Source: the human T2T-CHM13v2.0 reference genome, Homo sapiens. From it: a DNA stretch of 64,000 nucleotides. Location of the stretch: the NCBI RefSeq assembly GCF_009914755.1, contig NC_060947.1. One strand, 5' to 3'. Shown piece by piece: positions 52,563 through 64,000 of this stretch (position 1 is its first letter; every line of letters begins with the position of its first letter). The position numbers and the translations under genes were made by a program. The notes beneath the pieces are model-generated. The model was not told the DNA's origin, searched no databases, and saw nothing but the letters and a program-made list of their open reading frames with translations.

Positions 52563-53226
52563 TTATGCTAAGCATAGCAGGCAGATTGAGATTTCAGCAG
52601 GTGGAGAAGTGGGGAAAGAAAGGAGCAAAGCAAAGGCCCAGGAAGGGCTACCCAGGGTTGGGGTGTCTGTGAATTGTCACTACAGGGCAGAAAGGCTGGA
52701 GGGCAAATCTGTGTCCTCCAGATAGCAGGCAAAGCCTCCAGTAGTCGCCGGCTGTCTTAATTAATCGGTAATTCTTACCAATTCCAAGGTGGGGAAGCCT
52801 GGCCAAAACGGCGAAACCCCATCTCTGCTAAAAACACAAAAATTAGCCAGGCATGGTGGCCGGCGCCTGTAGTTCCAGCTACTTGGGAGGCTGAGGCAGG
52901 AGAATGGCTTGAATCCAGGAGGTGGAGGCTGGCAAAATCATGCATCTTGGGCCATCACTATTTCTCAAGGTCACTTACACACCCCTTCTCCCTCCTTCAG
53001 CTCCTTTTATGGGCTACCAACTGCATGATGAGTGAGAACTAGCATGGGTACAAAACCACCCCAGGAGGGCCAGGTACAGTGGCTCACGCCTGTAATACCA
53101 ACATTTTGGGAGGCTGAGGCCAGTGGATCATTTGATGTCGGGAGTTCGAGACCAAACTGGCTAGCATGGTGAAACCTCATCTTTACTAAAAATACAAAAA
53201 AAATTAGCCGGGTGTGGTGGTACTCA

Positions 53227-53442
<216 letters not shown>

Positions 53443-54365
53443 TTAAGTTTCTCCCAGGGGAAGTCAGTCAATCGCATTTCCTGTAACAACCCTGGGCCAC
53501 CTGCTTTTCTCCCTGCAGCAAGGTTTTGATTAAGGGCTGCTCATCCTCCCAAGTCGGTGGTACCAGCTCACCTGGTGGATGGGCTCCTTCCTTTTTATGC
53601 CAAGAGTCTCTGATGCCTCCTTATTTTCCACTTGGGAGAAATGTTTCAGTTCACAGGTGGAGAAGAAGGTCTTCCTTAGTGGGATCCCAGTGCCAGAGCA
53701 CCAGGCCCACTGGCCTGGAGAAGATTGAAGGCAAGGTTGGACCAATAAGCTGCGAACAAAGGTTGTGGGTGCAGACAGGTTGGCTCTTACAGTCGAGATT
53801 CAGCCTCTGGACTGCTGCTGGGGGAGTGGGGGCTTCGTTGGGCTAAGGCTTGGGGTGATGGCTACAGGGACACCTCCGACACTGGTGGTCACAATGAGAG
53901 GGCTGCCCACTGCTCTCATCTAATAAGCCAGGCGAGTCCAACACTGGGGATAGAGATGTCATTTGAGAGGCCTCCCCCACCCACATCCCTACCCCATCCC
54001 TAGTATTCTCTTCTTTCCAGCAGGTTAGACAAGTTCAGCCACATTTTGGCTTTCAAGGCTCAAATGGAAGAAAACAAAAATTCCCCAGGGCACGGTGGCC
54101 TGAGATGTCTAGATTCACATCCAGAACCCTTTCTGTGGGAAGGGAACTCCTGGCTTCCTTTCATCAGCACTGGCTCACCAAGTCCTGCGTGGCCAGAACT
54201 TGGCAGGTTGCCATGGATACCTGGAAGTGCTGTCCCAGCAGACAGCAGAGGCTTGCTGGGGCCAGGAGAATGTGGGGGCACCTGAACTGCTGGCCAGAAA
54301 GGCTAGATAAACAGGCCCCCCTGCCACCCTCATTTTGATCAGACCCCCTCCACCAGTCTCCTAAA

Positions 54366-54845
<480 letters not shown>

Positions 54846-54999
54846 TAAACTGAGTCCTGGTGGGTTTCAGAAACCTCAGCCAGATTCTGAAGGTCCCATT
54901 CCTGGACCCACTGCCTTAGGCCACCACTACCAGCCCTAACCCCAGTGGGAACCTCTTGCCTTCTTGTAGTGGAAGGACTCTCTCCAGTCCGTTTTTGTA

Positions 55000-55430
55000 T
55001 CATTCACCATCAACCACTTCAAAGAAAGGAAATCAGCAGCCGGCATTTTGGGGAAACATTTTAAGCTGTCCTGTCCCTTCTCCAGCTCTCCAAGTTATAT
55101 AATGCGTCCTTGTTGAAAATGCTGATAATGCTGTTTGGGTGGCAGGAAGCCAATTTCAGGCTACATATTGCTTGGGGCTGGGGCTGGGGTCAGGGAACGG
55201 GGCAGGGTCTGGGGAAGGTTTAAGGAGAGAAAGGGGCCAGGCAGATGGAGAGAGGACAGGAGGGCCAGGGTGGTCAAGGCCCGGGGATAAAGCCGATTGG
55301 TATGTCAGCAAAATCTGTCACTGGCTTTAGTGATTCGAAAGGCAGACACATTCTTTCATCTCTGTTAATCCTCATGTGATACAGAGGATTTTCCTGCCAT
55401 TAAATCTGGAGAAAGAAAAATAAGCACTCA
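55000..55430 (+). promoter_or_regulatory. NYX: NYX proximal promoter candidate (CpG-poor)
   Basis: Repeat-free DNA directly upstream of exon 1 with TAATCC (55366-55371), Maf/NRL-type half sites GTCAGCAAAAT (55304-55314) and AAAATGCTGA (55116-55125), and inverted CCAAT (55296-55300). Confidence 0.6.
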
Positions 55431-55603
55431 AACCTGCACAAGTAACTATTCCTCTTCACCCCTTCCTCCCGTCCCCCCACCCCCACCTTTACTTCTCTCT
55501 CAAACCATTTTCAGCATCTGTGGCTGCCTGACTTGGGAGATGGATGGGCTGAGGGAGTGGAGGGGGACCTCAGAGGAGCAGGACCAGGGAGACTCCCAGG
55601 ACG
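55430..55603 (+). other. NYX: NYX non-coding exon 1 (5' boundary/TSS approximate)
   Basis: Strong donor ACG|gtaagc at 55604, 332 nt upstream of the exon 2 acceptor; NYX is known to have a short untranslated first exon. The TSS cannot be read from sequence. Confidence 0.7.
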
Positions 55604-55935
55604 GTAAGCAACATTTGAGGACCATTCACTAACGCTTCTCTGCAGGGGTTTCCTCTCCATCCGTTTCCTTGCTGGGTTGTCAGTGATGCCATCTGAGCTG
55701 CTGTCAGGGCTGTAGCCTGACAAAGGGTTTCCTAATAGATCCAAACTGTCCATTTGTGGGGAGCTTCTGATTTTCTGTTGTTACTGGTTTCCCTTAGCCC
55801 AACACCAGGGTCATTAAGAAGGAAGGAATGTGAGGAAGAAAGAAAGGCAGGGCATTCAGGAAGAAGTGTGGAGGCATGGGAGGGTTCTCATGGGGCCCTC
55901 CTGGGCACTGGGTGACCTGTCCTTTCTCCCCTCAG

Positions 55936-56013
55936 GTAGGGGTCCCACGGCTGGGTGGTCCTAAGCCACTGGGTGGATGAAAGGCCGAGGGATGTTGGTC
56001 CTGCTTCTGCATG
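55936..56013 (+). other. NYX: NYX exon 2 (78 nt: 5'UTR plus start codons)
   Basis: Polypyrimidine tract and acceptor tgtcctttctcccctcAG ending 55935; donor G|gtgagt at 56014. Confidence 0.9.
55977..56013 (+). CDS. NYX: NYX (nyctalopin) first coding exon part: N-terminal signal peptide MKGRGMLVLLLH + 1 nt (phase-1 intron); rest of CDS lies beyond the window
   Basis: ATG AAA GGC CGA GGG ATG TTG GTC CTG CTT CTG CAT G|gtgagt matches the known nyctalopin N-terminus MKGRGMLVLLLHAVV. Consensus donor at 56014. Second in-frame ATG at 55992. Confidence 0.96.
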
Positions 56014-56257
56014 GTGAGTTCTCCTGCCGGTGGGTGCAAGGGTTGGGAAGAGGGGTGGAAGCCACAGAGCTTCTGCCCAAAGAGTCTTTAAAGTGGCTTC
56101 TGGGACAGCGGTATCTGGACACTTCTGATCAGGTTTCACTGACCCTGTGATCGTGGGGGAGGGGATAGAGAAAGCAAGAAAACAGCAGGTGGTGGGGATT
56201 TTTGTTTCCTAAAAACAAAACTCCTGAGCCGAATATATGAAATAGTCCTCTTGGTGA

Positions 56258-56534
<277 letters not shown>

Positions 56535-56627
56535 TAGCCAGGATGGTCTCGATCTCCTGACCTCGTGATCTGCCCGCCTCGGCCTCCCAAAGTGCTGGGA
56601 TTACAGGCGTGAGCCACCGTACGGTGG

Positions 56628-56664
<37 letters not shown>

Positions 56665-58283
56665 GAGACAGAGTCTCACTCTCGCCCAAGCTGGGGAGCA
56701 GTGGCATGGATCTTGGCTCACTGCAACCTCCGCCTCCCGGGTTCAAGTGATTCTCGTGCCTCAGCCTCCTGAGTAGCTGGAACTATAGGCACCTGCCACC
56801 ACGCCCAGCTAATTTTTTGTATTGTTAGTAAAGACGGGGTTTCGCCATATTGCCCAGGCTGGTCTTGAACTCCTGACCTCAGGTGATCTGCCTGTCTCGG
56901 CCTCCCAAAGTGCTGGGATTGCAGGCATGAACCACCGTGCCCAGCCTACAGTGGTTTCTAATCACATTATTTTAAGCTCATTTAGTTAAAAACAAAAGTC
57001 CCTTTAAAAAACCACCTTCCTAAAGGAAAAAGAAAAAATGAAAAATGCCTTGGAATTATAGGATTATGGATATTGAAGTTATTTTTCAAAGTTTCTCGCT
57101 CTGTTATGTGCACTTTAATATACCAAGAAGACTCGTTATGAAATATTTTCCCTGGCTCTAGCTGTTCCAATCTGACTGAGATAGCCCAAGGAAAAATCCT
57201 TTAAATTCTTCAGTAAATGATTCTACACAAAGAATCTGTTTTTTTCTGACCCTCAAGTGAATTTAATTATTTGAGATATGATGATCTATGTAATAGACCT
57301 CTGTATGCGATGCTGATAGAGAACATTTTACCAGATCATCTAAAACAGGAGTAATGGAGTTTTCTTCCTCTTTATTCCACCTTTTCAAAAACCGGAACTT
57401 GCTCTGTTCAGTCAACCAACAGGCATACACTGTGTGCCTTCAAAACGCTCGAGAGATATTTATGAGGGATATAATAGCATGCTCTTTGTCTTTGAGAAAA
57501 TTCTTTTACAAGAGATTCAATAAATAAGCAATAAAAAAAATTGGAGCAAGGCACGTGGAACACTGTGATAAATAGGACATGACTTCCTACCTCGAAGAGG
57601 TTCTAAAGAACAGAGGTTGATATTTATATAATTACTAACAGTCAACTTCTTGCCATTCCTCCTACCTTGAAAAAAAAATGAAACTTGATTGACTCATTGG
57701 GGCACAATGTTTGCTTCCAACAGCCAGTATCATTTTAAACGTGCACCAAAAGCTCTACCGTTCCTCACAGAAAGCAGACCGTATTCATAGCCTGCACACT
57801 TCAAAACAGGAACTGTCCCTGCTACAGAAACCCGAAATATATCCAGACTTCTTGTGACAAGTTGGAGAGCTCAGCGGTGACATCATTTGCTAACAATAGA
57901 TGCACTTAAAATTAATGACCATCTCCACATCCCCTGGCACTTTAATTTAAAACACACTCTAGCAAGCACAGAGAATATTTCTCTGACTGCGAGTCACAAG
58001 CAATACGGACAATATGTTCCCGAGAAGCAGGCAGGGATAGTGCTCTACCTCCTTGGCCAGAAAGAAAATGACTAAGTGAGCCTCACAAAACAACACCTTG
58101 GAGAAATCAGAAGTGGCTCGCAGCAGGGAAATTTGGGGCAAGAGAAATTCTCCTCTGGACACACAGGGCTCCTGGAAGTGCCCCACTTCTCAGATGCATA
58201 AGTGCAAATACCTCCACCTCCTCCCCCCATGTTAACCCCTGGGGTCTTCCCGCTGTTCACAGCATAATATCTGAAACCCTTAA

Positions 58284-58670
<387 letters not shown>

Positions 58671-58674
58671 TAAA

Positions 58675-60470
<1,796 letters not shown>

Positions 60471-61516
60471 AAAAATGAAGGCTGGAGGGAGAGAGTGGCT
60501 GTACCAGAAGCAGAAAAAATGCTTCACTGTCCACAGTCAGGCAGTGTGGTATATCAGGCAACATGTATGTGAGATTCATCAACGTTATTACGTGGATTAG
60601 AGTAGTTTTTCCTTTTGAATGCCTAGTAATATTCATTTGTACAGATTGACTGGTTAGTTTATCCATTCCCCTATTGTCGGGTGTTTGTTTCCAGTTTGAG
60701 GTGATTGTTTATATTTAGGCCCGGAGGCCTTTCTGGGGCCTTGCGTTCTTCTCCTTAGATGGGACAGATGTTCATCTTCAAGTTTCACCAGGCCTGCGAG
60801 GCTACCAGCACACCACCCCTCTGGAAACACTGACTTCTCCATCCCTTATGACTCACGTTAGCCAGCAAAACTGCAGCTCGAATCCTTTCTTTCCTGTCAC
60901 AAAAGGTACCTGCATGGGGTGAAAACCAAGTTCTGGGGTCACAGGAGGCCAGAGGCCACAGCATGGTCTCCGCCTCCGCACTTCTGTTTCCTCCAGCCAG
61001 TCTTGTTTTGAAGATCCAGCATTGGGTTTTGGTCCGAGGAGCCACTTGGTAGCATTTGCCAAGAATGGAAGGAAAGTGATTTCTAGAGCCAAGGTAGCTA
61101 AATAGATTTTGCTGAAACCAGAAATTTGACCATGTTTTCCCTTGCTATTTTTGGTTTCATAAGGCTCAAGTTCTTTTAAAACAATGAGAATAAAGAAACA
61201 TTCCAATCTCAGTCTGTGGTTGGAAACACCAAGTAGCTGTTCTCCTAGCAAACCTCAAGGTGGGAAAGCACATATTTGAAAAGCCGAGGGCTTAGGAAAG
61301 AGAAACTGCTCAGATGGTCTGCATTAGACCTCATTATGCGGGTGCCTGAGGCTGGCCATCCCTGCCTCCTTGCAGCTCGGGGGCTGGCCAGGACACCCGA
61401 TAGGGACACACAGGCAGGGAGCCATTTCTGGTGTTTATTTTCCCAGATTCAGGGACGCCTTGTAAGATTTTTAAAAAACTGAAGGAAAATTCACACAAGA
61501 TAAAATTAACCATTAA

Positions 61517-61859
<343 letters not shown>

Positions 61860-62124
61860 TAATATTCCGTTGTATAGTTATGCCACATTTGCTTATCCAT
61901 CCATTGGCTGATGGACATTTGTTGTTTCTACCTTGGGCTGTTGTGAATAATGCTGCTGTGAACGTGCATGTGCAACTGTCTCTTTGAGACCTTGCTGTCA
62001 ATTCCTTTAGGCATATGCCTAGGCATGGAATTGCTAGGTCATATACTAACTCTACATTACACTTTGTAACTCTTTATATCACACAGATGAATCCCATTTT
62101 TATAAAATTGGTGCATCTAGACCT

Positions 62125-62300
62125 TTGATTTTTGACTTTGGCTGCATATGGTAATCACCTGTGGAGCTTCAAACATACCAATGCCTGATCCCACCCCTGA
62201 AGATTCTGATGTAATTGATCTGATGTATGGCCTGGGCACTGTGAGTTTTCAAAGCTCCACAAGGTGATTCTAATGTTCAGCCCTGGAAATGAACCATCCT
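62125..62300. mobile_element. MER5A1
   Basis: aatcacctgtggagctt...agattctgatgtaattgatctg...aggtgattctaatgt. Confidence 0.75.
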
Positions 62301-62302
62301 AG

Positions 62303-62577
<275 letters not shown>

Positions 62578-63354
62578 TAGAGACGGGGTTCACCATATTG
62601 GCCAGGCTGGTCTTGAACTCCTTACCTTGTGATCCACCTGCCTCAGCCTCCCAAAGTGCTGGGATTACAGGTGTGAGCCACTGCGCCCGGCTGATCCTTT
62701 TTTTTTAAGATGGGCTCTCACTCTGTCACCTAGGCTGGAGCGCAGTGGCACAGGCACAGCTCACTGTAGCCTCGACCTCCTTGGCTCAAGCAATCCTCCC
62801 ACCTCAGCCTTCCAAGTAGCTAGGAGTACAGGTGTGCATCACCACGCCTGGCTAATTTTTGTATTTTTTGTAGAGATGAGGTCTTGCCATGTTGCCCAGG
62901 CTCATCCTGAACTTCCGGGCTCAAGTGATCTTCCCACCTTGGCTTCCCAAAGTGCTGGGATCACAGGCATGAGCCACTGCACCTGGCCTCCACATGGTCT
63001 TTGAAGGATTTGTGCCTTAGTGAGGTTTAATCCTGTGACAAGAATGGTTCATAAGAGCCCACAACTAGCTTGGGCCAGTGTTTTCACAGCTGTGTCAAGC
63101 AACGAGACACATCTGTCCCCCATAACTGTCTACAAATTACAGATGAGGAAACTGAGAGACAGAGGTTGTCTGAGGTTTTTGTTTTTTTGTTTTTTTTTTT
63201 CTTTTGAGACAGAGTCTCACTCTGTTGCCCAGGCTGGAGTAAAGTGTTGCAATCTCGGCTCACTACAACCTCCGCCTCCTGGATTCAAGTGATTCTCCTG
63301 CCTCAGCCTCCTGAGTAGCTGGGATTACAGGCGCCCACCACCATGCCCGGCTAA

Positions 63355-63507
<153 letters not shown>

Positions 63508-64000
63508 TAAAGCAGTATGACAGAACAGGGATGAGAGTGTCCTCAGAGTTTATGAGAGAACTAGGTCAAGAGGCTGTGCCCTCGGGGTGAGTATTTTAAG
63601 ACCGAATGTTCTGGAAAGCCTTGCATGTGAATCCCGGGGTGATGACAGAGGCTGGCTGAGTAGGGACCTGTCATGAGCCCAGGGCAGTCCTGCTACATTT
63701 ATTTCTCATCTTCCCCTCCCTACCTCAGACTGGGAAAAAAAAGCTCTGAAGCCTTTTTCCGATTTCCAGATGGATCCTTCCCCAAAATACCGGTGCAAGA
63801 AGAGAAATTGCTAAGCAACTGCCAAATGAGTTTCACCTTCTCTTTTCACAAACTGTAATCTTTATTTTTAATGTGGTAAATGTTTTTCTGGCCAAGGTAT
63901 TCCCATGGAACCCAGCTCTGAATAGCCAAGGAGATTCGTTTTTGGAATGATCACTGCTGATTCTGGGAGAGGCTATTTTTTCATTTGGATTCAGCAAAAC

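Noticed and set aside
52755-52780. TTAATTAATC homeodomain cluster
   Set aside because: Single short AT patch abutting an Alu fragment; insufficient evidence.

Overview
Human (or very closely related great-ape) genomic DNA. The only protein-coding feature I can support is the 5' end of NYX (nyctalopin, X-linked complete congenital stationary night blindness) on the + strand. It comprises a non-coding exon ending at 55603, a 332-nt intron, and an exon at 55936-56013 encoding MKGRGMLVLLLH(A), the start of the nyctalopin signal peptide. A long intron then runs off the right edge. This places the window at Xp11.4; from known gene order, the left ~55 kb is intergenic DNA on the DDX3X side. The rest is repeat-dense: about 85 Alu copies or fragments by my count (roughly 40% of bases), a 5'-truncated L1PA3-like element with an open ORF2 remnant, older L1s, solo LTRs and hAT/Tigger fossils. 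There is also an orphan CpG island with a strong CTCF motif (~50.2-50.9 kb) and a 2.6-kb structured AT-rich tandem array (46.5-49.1 kb). I found no convincing new multi-gene system. The best leads are: (1) the AT array, which has a 35-bp unit carrying paired CRX/OTX2-type sites and contains perfect 100-bp and 62-bp palindromes; (2) a strong-Kozak 30-codon uORF in frame with NYX; (3) an AG|GT recursive-splice-like junction at the NYX start-codon exon; (4) the CpG island/CTCF site. Repeat subfamily names are by eye from remembered consensus sequences and need RepeatMasker/Dfam confirmation; many boundaries are approximate.
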